Shown piece after piece: positions 38,591-53,439 of a stretch of 64,000 bases of DNA; position 1 is the first letter of the stretch, and each line of letters starts with the position of its first letter. A program made the translations under genes and the position numbers. The stretch comes from Octopus vulgaris (lineage: Eukaryota). The stretch lies in NCBI GenBank assembly GCA_951406725.2, contig OX597827.1, positions 75,764,001-75,828,000 on the forward strand. The letters run 5' to 3'. Under the pieces are notes generated by a model. The model saw only the letters and a program-made list of their open reading frames with translations. It searched no databases and had not been told where the DNA came from.

Positions 38591-40256
38591 TATGAGTGTG
38601 TCTGTGTCTGGGCATGTGTCTGTGTATGTGTGTGTGCATGTGTACATATAAATATGAGTGCATGTTAGAATGTGTGTGTGTATGTCTTGATGTGTGTGTG
38701 TGTGTGTGTGAGAAAGAGAGAGAGAGTATGAGTGTATCTGTGTCTGGGCATGTGTCTGCATATGTGTGTGTGTGCATGTGAATATGAGTGTGTGTTAGAA
38801 TGTGTGAGTGTGTGTGTGTGTATGTGTGTGTGTGTGTGTGTGCATATAAATATGAGTGTGTGTTAGAATGTATGTGTGTGTGTGTGTGTGTGTGTGCATA
38901 TAAATATGAGTGTGTGTTAGAATGTGTGAGTGTGTGTATGTGTGTGTGTGTGTGCATATAAATATGAGTGTGTGTTAGAATGTGTGAGTGTGTGTCTTGA
39001 TGTGTGTGTGTGTGTGTGTGTATGTGTGTGTGTGTGCTATCAGCCAGTTTGTTTCTATGTATGAGTCTCTGCATGTTTGCTTTTACAAGCTTTGTGTGTG
39101 TGAGTATGGTCTTTTAGTGTTTGTGCACGTAAGCATATGAGTATGATCACAGTATGTGTGTGTGTGTGTGTGGTCTTTGAGTGCGTGTGTGTGTGTGTAT
39201 GTGTGTGTAAACAAACGACTGTAGTCTTTGACCATTTGCATAAGTATACAAGTATGGTTCTTGAGAGTTTGAGTGTATAAATGCAGGAGTATGGTCTTGA
39301 GAGTATGTGTGGAGAGTATGAGTGTGGTACTTGCATGTATGTGTGTGTAAGTACATAGGTGTGGTATTTGAGAGTTTGTCTATGATGTTAAGTGTATGTC
39401 TGTATGTATGTATGTGTGTGTGTGTATGTATGTATGTATGAATATGTGTATGTATGTATGTGTGTATGTATGTATGAATGCAGTCTTTGTGTGTATGAAT
39501 ATGTGTATGTATGTGTGTATGTATGTATGAATGCAGTCTTTGAGCATGTATGTATGTGTGTATGTATGTATGTGTGCATGTGTGTGTATGTATGTATGTA
39601 TGTATGTATGTGTGTATGTATGTGTGTATGCATCTATGTATGTATGTGTGTATGTATGTATGTGTGTGTATGAGTATAGCCTTTGAATATTTATGCAAGT
39701 AGATATTGTCTTGGAGTGTGTGTGTAAGTGTATGAGTTTAGTTTTTGTATATGAGTGTGTAAGTGTAGGAGTGTGGCATTTGTGTAAGTGTATGACTTTA
39801 GCCTTTGAATGTCCATACAAGTAAGTGAGCCTAATCTTTGAATGTGCATCTATGTAAGTGTATCAAAGCTCTTTCAACACTTACACAAGTAAGTGTATGA
39901 GTATCATCCCGAAAGTGTGTATGCATAACAGTGTATGAGTGTGGTTTTCGAATGTTTCTATGTGTGAGATTATAAGAGCTGTTTTCGAGTGTTTGCGTGT
40001 GTAAATGTATGTACGAATACAGTCACTGAAAGTGCATTTATGTATAAGTCTAAGATCTTTGAATGTGTGCGTGTGTAAGTGTATGATGGTAGCTTTTGAA
40101 TGCTTGTACAAGTGTTTAAGTATGATCTTTGAATGTGCTATATATGTAAGTAAGTGTGTGAGTGTTCTTTGATAGTTTGTGTGTGTGTGTGTGCAAGTGT
40201 ATAAATATGGTCTTTGAGTGTATGCATGTGTTTAAGTGTGTGAATGCAGTCTTTGA

Positions 40257-40287
<31 letters not shown>

Positions 40288-40350
40288 AGTTATGTGTGCA
40301 TAACTGTATGAATGTGACCTTTGTATGTTTGTATTTTGTACATGTGAGCT
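37950..40350. repeat. long degenerate (TG)n/(TGTA)n satellite-like tract with internal higher-order units
   Basis: Recurrent GCATATAAATATGAGTGTGTGTTAGAATG and AGTCTTTGAGTGT units. Confidence 0.9.
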
Positions 40351-40494
40351 TCGAATGTGTTTATAAGTTATCTGATATAATTAAGTGGTCCTTGTGTTGG
40401 TGCATGAGATTGTCCTCTTCCTAAGTGTATTTGCATGTGAAAGCAAAAGTATGTGATTATGTATGTATGAGAGTATATGTATTCAAATGTGTGT

Positions 40495-41276
40495 ACTCTT
40501 TTACTTGTTTCAGTCAGTTGACCGCGGCCATGCTGGAGCACCGCCTTTAGTCGAGCAAATCGACCCCGGGACTTATTCTTTGTAAGCCCAGTACTTATTC
40601 CATCGGTCTCTTTTGCCGAACCGCTAAGTGACGGGGGACGTAAACACACCAGCATCGGTTGTCAAGCAATGCTAGTGGGACAAACACAGACACACAAACA
40701 CACACACACATATATATATACATATATACGACAGGCTTCTTTCAGTTTCCGTCTACCAAATCCACTCACAAGGCATTGGTCGGCCCGGGGCTATAGCAGA
40801 AGACATTTGCCCAAGATGCCACGCAGTGGGACTGAACCCGGAACCATGTGGCTGGTTAGCAAGCTACTTACCACACAGCCACTCCTGCGCCTGAATACTC
40901 CTGTATTCAAATATCTTTTATTTACTTCAGTGATTTGGCTGTGGCCATGCTGGGGCACCACCTTGAAGAATTTTTTTGTCAAATGACGAGACCCCAGTAT
41001 TTTTTCTTAAGCCTGGTACATATTCTATCGGTTCCTTTTGCCAAACTGCTCAGTTACAGGTACCTAAATACACTGACACTGGTTGTCAAGTGGTAGTAGG
41101 AGACAAACACACACACTGCAGGCTTCTTTCAGTTTCCCTCTACCAAATCCACTCACAAGGCTTTGGTAGGCCTGAGTTTATAGAAGATACTTGCCAACAG
41201 TGCCATACAGTAGGACTGAACCCAGAATCATGTGGTTGGGATGCAAAGTTCTTACCACACAGCCATGCCTGCGCCT
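40495..41276 (-). mobile_element. two tandem family-B SINEs (young 40495-40891, older 40915-41276)
   Basis: Consensus matches. Confidence 0.88.
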
Positions 41277-41300
41277 GTATGTGTAGGCTTCTGCACACAG

Positions 41301-41335
<35 letters not shown>

Positions 41336-41344
41336 CACATATAC

Positions 41345-41407
<63 letters not shown>

Positions 41408-41619
41408 TATATATATACATACTCTCTTCCCTCTTTTACTTGTTTCAGTCATTTGACTGCGGCCATGCTGGAGCACCGCCTTTAGTCGAGCAAATCGACC
41501 CCAGGACTTATTCTTTGTAAGCCTTGTAGTTATTCTATCGGTGTCTTTTGCCGAACCGCTAAGTCACTGGAATGTAAACACACCAGCATCGGTTGTCAAG
41601 TGATGTTGGGGGACAAACA

Positions 41620-42367
<748 letters not shown>

Positions 42368-42589
42368 TACGAGGGGTTTCTTTCAGTTTCCGTCTACCAA
42401 ATCTACTCACAAGACTTTGGTCGGCCCGAGGCTATAGTAGAAGACACTCGCCCAAGGTGCCACGCAGTGGGACTGAACCCGAAACCATGTGGTTGGTAAG
42501 CTCCTGCGCCTATAAATATATAGATATATATGTGTTTATGTAATAATCGTGTTTGTGTTCGTGTACCTATGTGTTTGTAATTATACTAT

Positions 42590-42872
42590 ATCACGTGACC
42601 GACCAGACCATCAGATGTTGCTACACATCGCTGGTCACAATGCGTTTGCATTGTTTTAGCCTTCGAATGACGCCACCCCGCTGGCTAAGTGAGTAGGCCA
42701 ACAGAAGAAAGAGTGAGAGAAAGAGTGGTGAAAGAGTACAGCAGGGATCACCACCCCCTGCCGGAGCCTCGTGGAGCTTTTAGGTGTTTTCGCTCAATAA
42801 ACACACACAACGCCCGGTCTAGGAATCGAAACCGCGAGTCCGCTGCCCTAAACACTGGGCCATTGCGCCTCC
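42590..42872 (-). mobile_element. family-C SINE head with a third type of 3' tail
   Basis: Head matches the 59988 copy; tail (TTGGCCTACTCACTTAGCCAGCGGGG...GGTCGGTCACGTGATA) differs. Confidence 0.8.
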
Positions 42873-43181
42873 ACTTATACTATATATATGTTTGTATAAG
42901 TTGCATTGGATTTTTATGTTTATTTGACATCTTTGTATTGTATATCGGAGTGTAAACAGCTGCTGGTGTGGTTGTTGTAGTTTTAGTCCCAGGTCAGCCC
43001 TAAAACAGTAGACCTATAATCAAAACCGTAACCATTCGGCTTTTTGGGCCAGGCCGGTTTACAGTGTCAAATGCGCTCTTTTTAAAAAACAAAGTGGTCG
43101 GGTAAGCGTGATCTGAGGAGGATTTGGCTACTGTTTCTAGCAGCCTCCTTACCACAGAGAGGTCCTTTTCGGCTCGCACCT

Positions 43182-43216
<35 letters not shown>

Positions 43217-43359
43217 GACAAGCACACTTATGCATATGTATTTTGTGTGTGTATCTATGCACGCATGTTTGTGTAAAACCGTTTCATTTCCATCTATGGG
43301 TATGTATGTGTAATCATCTATGTTGAGAATGAGCGTTTTATTTTATATGTATTTGTATT

Positions 43360-44030
<671 letters not shown>

Positions 44031-44502
44031 AGCATCAATGTATGCTGATGTGTGTATATATAACTGGAAGCCATATAAACTGTGTGTGTACATTTAGGGA
44101 TGGATGTGTAGTGAAGTGTATATGTAATATGATGTGCGTGTGTGTGTGTGTGTGCTTAAAGTGATGAATATAATGGGGAATTGTCAAGCCATTACATACT
44201 TCCGTAATATAGGGTGAGTATTGAAGAAATGGCGGGGAGGGGAGGACAAGGATTAAAGAAATTGTGTGTTCTCATCCTTGCGAATATTCATTCTATACAC
44301 ACATACATATATACGTGTATTTGCATACACACACACGCACGCACAACCATACATACATAAATATATACACACGTACACACACAGACACATATACATATAT
44401 TTGTGTGTATATGTATATAATATGCAAATATATATGTATATATAATTAGTGTTTATTATTTGTATGCATTTATAGATACATTATTATACATACTAATCTG
44501 TA

Positions 44503-44541
<39 letters not shown>

Positions 44542-44779
44542 AGAGAGAGAGAGAGAGAGAGAGATGTAAAATATACACACATGAGAGATTAGCGCGCATT
44601 TAGATATGTATGTATGTATACATACATGCATACATTAATATACATAAGCTAATGTACACACACACACATGCACAAATGCGCTTTCGTGCAACAAAATTTG
44701 TGAAATAAGATAAGATAGTATTATGTATGGAAGTAAGTTCGGACATTTCAGATAGGAAGGCTCATCCATTTAAGTGTGT

Positions 44780-44864
44780 CACTATACATACACACACGTG
44801 TGTATATATATATATATATACACACAAATATATATATATATAAAACCACGCATACACACACACA

Positions 44865-44911
<47 letters not shown>

Positions 44912-45036
44912 AATATATATATAAAACCACGCATACACACACTATATATATATATATATACAAATATATATATAAAACCACGCATACACACACACTATAT
45001 ATATACAAAATATATATATAAAACCACGCATAAACA

Positions 45037-45072
<36 letters not shown>

Positions 45073-45145
45073 ACGCATACACACACACTATATATATATA
45101 CACACACACACAAATATATATATAAAACCACGCATACACACACAC

Positions 45146-45183
<38 letters not shown>

Positions 45184-45190
45184 AACGTAT
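44780..45190. repeat. minisatellite of (TA)n-AAAACCACGCATA-(CA)n units, about 6 copies
   Basis: Directly visible. Confidence 0.9.
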
Positions 45191-45283
45191 ATACATACAC
45201 AAGTCGATAAGTGTAAAAAGAAAAGAGCATTCAATACGCTATGTAGAGTATTTAATTGTTTTATAGCCTAGCAGTTAATGAGA

Positions 45284-45408
45284 CGCACGCTGATTACTCA
45301 GAGTTTACCTAGACACGCAAGCACGTGCCTATTCTATAGATTTACGGAAGTCTGAGGAATAGGCACGTGCCTGTGTTTGTAGGTGAACTCTTGAGTAATG
45401 AGCGTGCG
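45284..45408 (+). other. 125-nt imperfect hairpin (candidate structured RNA)
   Basis: CGCACGCT/AGCGTGCG, ATTACTCA/TGAGTAAT and GCACGTGCCTATTC/GAATAGGCACGTGC stems closed by an ACGG loop. Confidence 0.6.
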
Positions 45409-46463
45409 AGTCAATGGATATTAAACTATATAGAGAGAGAGATATATCGTATTTGTGTAGTACAGATGCATAAAATACATGCGTATCTATATTCGACTGA
45501 ATGGAAAGTGCAGTATCTTTAAAAGTAGCCATCAACATTCAATTCTAAGACAATTTATTTCCGCTTCGTTATTGTGAAGTAAGAGGGTGGTTGAGGATTA
45601 AAGAGGCAACCCTGCTTACCACCACGACCAACAAGAGAGAGAGAGAGAGAGAGAGGGAGACAGAGAGAGAGGGAGACAGAACGAGAGAGAGATAGACAGA
45701 AAGAGAGAGAGGGAGACAGAACGAGAGAGAGAGGGAGACAGAAAGAGAGAGAGTGAGAGCCGCCAGCTGAGAAATAAAGGAAAACCCTACTGATAACTCT
45801 TACCACCTCCTCCACCACCACTACTGCTGCCGTCCTCGTATTTCCACCACCTTCCCCGCCCTTGCCAATTGCACAAATTTTCAATGTGTTAATTTTAGCA
45901 ATAGATCGATTTTATGAGTATCTTTTTATTTTTTTTTCTTTCTCGTTCGACTCCAGCTAGTAAACGAAATGGAAATCGATCGGGACAACATAAAGGAGAA
46001 TAATAAAAAAAAAAAAAATAGCTGATTTTTACAAAGAAAAAAAAGTTAGTGATAGGTCAAGTGTTAGGTTCAGGGGGAGGTAACACCATTGAAGGATTTG
46101 CCGACAAACAAAGACGGTTTGTCTATATTGCATTTCAAATTTATACCACAAGGAATGTTTGTGTTATCAATGTTTTATTTACTGAAATAGAATGAGAAAT
46201 TAGCCCGGAATTGTTAGTTGTTTTTCTATTGGAAAGAGTAAAGAGTCCAGCTAACTATCATTTCTTGACGGAGCATTTGAAAACGGTACAGAAAACGAAC
46301 TGCCAAAAATGCAATCCACGTGTGAGGGAAACAAACAAGATATTTTTACTAAGGGACTTATTAACGGGCGACACCGTCAGTCTGTCTGTGAGTCTTAACA
46401 GTGTCTAGTGCTCTACTATTTCAAAATTTCATCTTCGATTAAAGCCTGAAAAAATCAAACTGG

Positions 46464-46472
46464 GAGGTAAGT
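46464..46472 (+). promoter_or_regulatory. strong splice donor, possible end of a non-coding first exon
   Basis: GAG|GTAAGT consensus following unique CpG-containing sequence; no transcript evidence. Confidence 0.35.
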
Positions 46473-46686
46473 TTCTGTGATCTTTCGACAAGTAAATACT
46501 CGTATGTGCTTTAGTGTGGGCCATTCTGTTTGTGTGAAGTACTAAACTCTGCTTTCCATGCTTCCTCCCACCCTTGAGAGTCGCTCAGACAAGGGAGAGG
46601 GAGACAGCAAGGGAGGGAGAGGCAGCTGCATGGAGATACATATGTATATATAGCGAGAGGGTTGGTGTGTAGAAAACGAATATATT

Positions 46687-46727
<41 letters not shown>

Positions 46728-47087
46728 GGAGACGCAGGCATGGCCGAGTGGTTAAATTTGCTTTGGCTTGGCAGTCATGGATTTGCGGTTCGATCCTACG
46801 CTGTGGGGGATTTGGAGCAAGTGTTTTTTTTTTTTTTTGTTATGACACGGGGGTCGACCCCTCCCCCCTCCCCCCAAGCCTTGTAAGTGAAATCGGGTGG
46901 ATGTATTATTCTGGGAGCCACTAGTGTAAAATTCAAAAGGACCCCCGCATGAATTACGTTGAGTGTATAAAGTAACTGTGGAATACTCGGCCTCTCGTTA
47001 CAATAACTGAACATGTAAAGCAGCATCGAAACCCGACGGAGATCCATTTACGTTACAATTTTGAAAATACCTTTATATATCTATATG

Positions 47088-47128
<41 letters not shown>

Positions 47129-48312
47129 CGGAAGAGAGAGAAGCTGGTGTATTTGAAACTACATGAGAGTTGTAGCCGCATCGATATATATATATGTATT
47201 TGAAAACGATAGTTCTGCGAGATGCAAGACTATGTAGATATATAGACATGGCCATTACTTGTTCTCACTTCTTCCGCTTTTATTCACTCGCTAACTAACG
47301 CTAGTAAACACTTCTCTCTGTGTTTGATGAGTGGTCTGTCCGAAACGTTCAGCTTCTCTTCTTCACGACATCACAATTCTCATCCTACCATTTGCATTTA
47401 GTGTGTTTACATACTTACATACTTACTTACATACAGTCGTATATGGATGAGTAGCAAAAAATAAGAGAGGGGCGTTCAGACAGCGTGTGAATCTACTTTC
47501 TAACTACTTGCTCCGCCTCAGGAATTCCTGTGTGCATCAAGTCTGAAAAGGTAAACAACTGCAACAAGGAGACACCACTTTATCATTCTGATCAGTGTGA
47601 CAGGCTTGTAACAACTAGTCGTCTAAATTCTGTTGACTTCTGGGATGTTTTATAGGAGTATAAATTGTCCCTGGTACTACTTACCTGACTGATAATTTTT
47701 TACCCTGGACGGGTGAAAGACAAAGACGACTATTTCACATCTAGGATACCTTATACGAATATAAAATCGATCCCAGACAACTTGACTGGTACGTTATTTT
47801 ATTGATCCAAGGAGGGATGAAAGGTAATGTTGATCAGAGCTAGATTTGAACCCACACCGTAATGGACAGATACTAAATACTACACGATATTTTGTCCGAA
47901 GCTCGAACAATTCTGCCAACCCCTTTGACGCCAACAAAGTATTAGATCGGTGTGCTTGGCATAGCAGCCAAATCTCCCTCACATCAAATCCTTCCATTGG
48001 TTTATAAGGAAAGGACGCATTAATGTTCTATAAAAACCCTACAGAGAGACGGGACGGGCATGACTGGAATGCTTTTCATCAAAGTTCTGCTCGATTAAAA
48101 CTGGCCTACAGCTAAGCAACAACATTATTTGAAACAAAAGGGAAAAACTTGTAAGCTACAAACTTTAATACGTGATGGTGGTGGTGGCTTTGTTTTGTCT
48201 GAATCTCCCATATTTCGTTTACTGTTTTTTTTTCTTCTTTTCGATCCGATCAAATAAGGCGGGCGACGCTTTGTTTGTTTCTCTCTTGCCGTCTAGTCGT
48301 GAAACATTGCTA

Positions 48313-48314
<2 letters not shown>

Positions 48315-48362
<48 letters not shown>

Positions 48363-48431
48363 TTGTGTGTGTATATATATATATCCTGCGTGAACCAATA
48401 TTCTTTCTCGCTTGTTAAAATACCAAGCGTG

Positions 48432-48464
<33 letters not shown>

Positions 48465-48608
48465 ATGTATATATACACACACACATATATATATATATAC
48501 ATACATATATAAATATATATATATACACACACACATATATATATCTAGATATATATATACATACATACATATATATATATCTAGATATATATATATATAT
48601 ATATACAC

Positions 48609-48643
<35 letters not shown>

Positions 48644-48715
48644 CATACATATATATATATATATACACACATATATATACACACATATATACATATATAT
48701 ATATATATATATACA
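48315..48715. repeat. (TA)n/(TACA)n compound microsatellite
   Basis: Directly visible. Confidence 0.95.
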
Positions 48716-48888
48716 CGCACAGAGGGGGGGGAGGGAGAAATGTAAATTTAGCGTAGGGAAATAGACTTCCTAATCCGTGTCTTTGTTCTGTAGTTTTTTT
48801 TTAGATATATTTCCTGTAGTCAATGGAACAGCATTCATTTTTTTTTCTTGTTTAACAGATACATTTTGTACGTGCATATTATATATAC

Positions 48889-48937
<49 letters not shown>

Positions 48938-49370
48938 ATAGGCCTAGATCATCAACAGACAAATGAACAGGTTGTAGATGTTCACTATACACACACACAC
49001 ACACACATACATATAATGGATGCTTATAAATATAACAAGAGAAACCCTGTTACTATACGGTAGATTTCTCTACATTCAAGCGGGGAGATTTTAAGTTATA
49101 CACAAGGGTCTATATGTGTTTAAAAGAAAGTGTTATAATTAAAGAATTTAGCATATTTTAAAATTTATTTTAGAATTGTTTTGTTCAGCTCATCTGGATT
49201 GTTGTTGCATTTGAGCGGGGTTCCCTTTAAATAAAGACATTGTAACTTTTTTTAATTTTTTTTTATTTCAATCTCAGTAAAATAGTAAAATTTCTGATTG
49301 AGAATATGAAATAACTTCGGCGTTTAGAGAAAGCTCTTTGTGAAGAATAAGCATTACTAAGTAACGAATC

Positions 49371-49380
49371 ATAAACGATT

Positions 49381-49425
<45 letters not shown>

Positions 49426-49620
49426 GCACAAACACACTCACACATATATATATACATACATACACACACACACACACATAGATAGATAGATAAATAGAGA
49501 GAGAGAGAGATACACACGCAATATATATATATATATATATATATATTTTGTGTGTGTCTCTCTCTCTATCTATCTATCTATCTATGTGTGTGTGTGTGTA
49601 TGTATGTATATATATATATA

Positions 49621-49670
<50 letters not shown>

Positions 49671-49680
49671 AATCGTTTAT
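49371..49680. repeat. inverted repeat made of mirrored microsatellite blocks
   Basis: ATAAACGATTACTTTA...TAAAGTAATCGTTTAT termini; inner blocks in reverse-complement order. Confidence 0.85.
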
Positions 49681-50198
49681 ATATGCCTACGAGTGCAGTC
49701 ATTGCACAAACTATATATATATATCGGAAATGAGGGAGTTTTCTATACGGTTTCTCGGCCCCAAATTTTAAATAGCAAATTTCCCTAAGATCATACTCTA
49801 CTATCTAGAATAAGGACAGGAGATTAACTATAGGTATGCGATTTGGGGTTGAACTGGGGCCAAACAACAACAGGCATAGGGTTTTTACAGTGAATCACTC
49901 AATACATCGGAAAGGGGTGTGTTTTGTTGTTTCGGGTGTGGGGGAGTTAAGGTTCTTCAGCGAAATAAAGTATCGCGCGCGCGCGCGTGTGTGCACTGAC
50001 ACACATACACACACACACATACCAAAAATGGCTTCGTATAGTGGGGTCTCGATTGACCCCTAAATTGAGGATCCAGTTAAATATAACTGCTTGCTGTGTA
50101 AATCTAAAGTGTTTATCCGTTTTATCCGGCTTCGCTAATCCGTTACGACCGTTAATCCTTCTCTTATCCTCATGCTTATATGATATACTAAATACGTG

Positions 50199-50248
<50 letters not shown>

Positions 50249-50852
50249 AAATAAAATAAGTAACAGATAAAATAAGTCGAACTCAACAAGGGAGAATCTA
50301 TATGGTTGCCCGAGCTACTAGAAATAGCAGCCAAATCTCATTCAAATCATACCCTTCTTTTTCAAATAAAGAAAAGACACATTAGGCAGTCCTCACCTCT
50401 AAAAAGGGCGGGATGGTCACGGCTGGAATGCTATTGATCACAGAGCTGATCATGCGACTAAAGAACAATAAAGAAAGTGACAGCTAATCACTCAAGACGA
50501 TTACGTTTACACCTCCACCACCACCATCATCATCACCACAAAAAAATAACCTGTAGCTTTGGTCTGTTGTTGTTTATAGTTGAGAAATTACCACCCCGGA
50601 AGAGCTTGGTATTGTGATAACATCTTGGCGATCGACGCACCCCCCCCCCCGCCTCCCTCAGACTGTCTACCGTCTTCGTATCCGATTACAATTGTCAAAT
50701 TATACCACTTCGGTTGACGCGCGCGTGTGTGTATGGAGCCAATAAAGGAGCCTCTACTGGCTTGTTCGAATTGCAGGAAATAGCAGACAAATCTTCCTCA
50801 GACCACACTCAAACGGTTTTCATTAAAGAAAGCATGCGTTATATAATGTGGT

Positions 50853-51007
50853 TCATCATCATCATCGTTTAACGTCCGCTTTCCATGCTAGCATGGGTTG
50901 GACGGTTCAACTGGGGTCTGGGAAGCCCGAAGGCTGCACCAGGCCAGTCAGATCTGGCAGTGTTTCTACTGGCCTGGAGCAGCCTTCGGGCTTCCCAGAC
51001 CCCAGTT
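50853..51007 (-). mobile_element. family-D tail with terminal fold-back inversion
   Basis: 40-bp arms 50909-50948 and 50968-51007, one mismatch. Confidence 0.8.
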
Positions 51008-52039
51008 CAAGATATACTAATCTGAATAATAAAAAAAAAAAAAAATAAACTAGATGTTCACGGCTGGAATGTCTGATCATTTGTCAGCATGTTTAGGGCT
51101 GACCTGGGCCTATACAACACAACATTGTTAATATCAAGGTTAAAGGTTTGAGCGTCACGACTCCCTTATTGTCTGTCTCTTTTGTGACTCAATGAGGAAC
51201 GTTCTACATGGTCGCTAAATTAGCTAGAAATAGCAAATAAATTCCCTCGAATTACATTCTTTCATACTAAGAAAAAAAAAGAACCTGAAAACAACAGGTA
51301 GAGTGGCCGTGGTTGGAATGCCTTTTTGTGAAATGTCTGCTTGATAATGATTGAATTGCTGTTAAACAACAAATACATAATAATGCTTTCGAATTTCTGG
51401 CACAAGACCAGCAGTTTCGGAGGAAGGACTAAGACAATTACATTGATCCCAGTACTGAAAGGATGAAAGGCAAAGTCAACTATGGCGGAATTTGAACTCA
51501 GAACCTAATGATTCTGCCAGCTCACACCACCTTAACAAATACATAATGGTCATTTTAAAGAGCCATGCTCGATGTCTTGCAATCCCTTTCTCTTATGCTG
51601 GCCCTCAGAACAACACTAGTATTATTTAGACATTATGGTGGTAGCAGCATTATGACATGGTAATTAATTAATTAATTAACCATGAGGTTGAAATTATTTA
51701 CTTAACATTATTATTTCTTGGTGTTAATATGAGAAATAATTGCTGTATTTAGCTCCAGTCGCGTACGTACTGGCTGACATTTCCTGTTATGTTTACAGGT
51801 CCAGTATATATCACTCACATTCTATTCAAACTTTTGCAGTTCAGAAATGTTTTTTGTTTTCAAGTTGTTCTGTGTGATGAGGTCCAGCCAAAATGCAAGT
51901 ATGGCCAAGTGGTTAAGAAATTAGCTGAGCATCTAAGTGGTGAAGCTATTAGCTGAATTTCAAAATTCAATCCCATTTCACACCATGTTGGACAAGTAAC
52001 TTCTATCATAACCTCAGATTAAGCCATCATCATCATCCT

Positions 52040-52228
52040 TTTCTACGCTAGGCAGAGGACCAGTCAATTAGATTGACCTCAGTACGTAACTGGTACTTAA
52101 TTTATCGACCCCGAAAGGATGAAGGGCAAAGTCGACCTCTGCGGAATTTGAACTCAGAACATAAAGACATGAAATACCACTAAGCATTTTGCCCGGCATG
52201 CTAACGTTTCTGCCAGCTCACTGCCTTA
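52040..52228 (-). mobile_element. family-A SINE
   Basis: Consensus match. Confidence 0.85.
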
Positions 52229-52394
52229 TTGTCATCATCCTTTAACATCCATTCGGAAGCCTGTTGAAGAGATTATTCCTCTTCTTTGATGGTAGACACA
52301 ACCCATTGCTCAGTTTAACACCAACAGCCAAACACCTTCTTCGTTACTTTGCCCCTCTAGTTATATATGTGACACAACTGGGTATTGAAAGCCA

Positions 52395-52740
52395 AGGTTA
52401 GGAAGAAATGAAGTGAGCCTGTTCTGTTGAGTGTGAATTGTTGGCATGGATAACAACAGAAGAGAGACGGGCTGAGAAAGAAGGTTGACATTACATGGTC
52501 CAATATAGTGTACAAGAAGGAAGAATGTGCTGGTAATGGATTTGTGGTGCATAAGACAAATGATAGTTGGGTGAAGAAGTGCCAAGAATCCGAGTGAAAG
52601 GAACTTGCTGAAGAAAAAGATGTAGAAAGTAATAGTTAAAGGCTGATCTCAAGATGTTGGGCCTCACGAAGGAAGTGACAAAGGATCACAAGTAGCAAGG
52701 GGCTATGCTAGAGATGACCTGTGTGTAACCCGTGCCATCA
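52395..52740 (+). mobile_element. highly decayed RTE-type LINE ORF end
   Basis: Fragments DSWVKKC and DLKMLGLTKEVTKD, similar to the 30244 terminus. Confidence 0.55.
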
Positions 52741-53439
52741 CAAAACAAAAAAATGAAATATTCAGTGCTATAGAGTCAAGAGTTAGTAAAATATACTAAT
52801 TCTGTAAATTGCAATAAAATGTGTTAAAATAGGCAGCTTCACAGATGATAGTGATTTGGCTGCTTTCTGCACTGAAAATAACCAGATCAGATGTAAGGGG
52901 TTCCAAAAAGGAGGAGGATCTGGTTGAAGCTGTTCAATTACCACTAAGGTCTACTTTACCTTTCATCCTTTCAGGGCTGATGAAATAAAGTACCAGTCAA
53001 GTCGAGTGACTAACTCCCCTCTTCCCCTGAAATTATACCTAAATCAAAGACAAAATAAACTGGTGCAATTTGTTTTCAATTCTTGCCATCAGACACCATA
53101 TCACTGCTTCAGTTGCATCGCAAAGACATCCTCTTTCATCTCTAACAACATTTCCATTTCTGTGCTAAAGTTTGTTATTGCTTTACCAACTGTCATTTTT
53201 TATGCTTCTCTTACTGTTTTGTAGGGTCTTGGTCATAATATTGACCCCAGATCTTAGTTTCACACCCATTATATTAATTACATTCATTTCTGTCTGTTGA
53301 GTTTACCGATTGAGTTAACATCCCTCTCTGAGAGTTTACCTCCTTTTGGTGATGTAACCACCTTGAGATATTTGCTCTGATGTACAAACACACACACACA
53401 CAGGCATTGGTCAACATCAGACTTTGATAGGAAATGCCC

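Noticed and set aside
50550-50630. Minus-strand first coding exon (MLSQYQALPG...)
   Set aside because: Very short, and no downstream exons could be identified.
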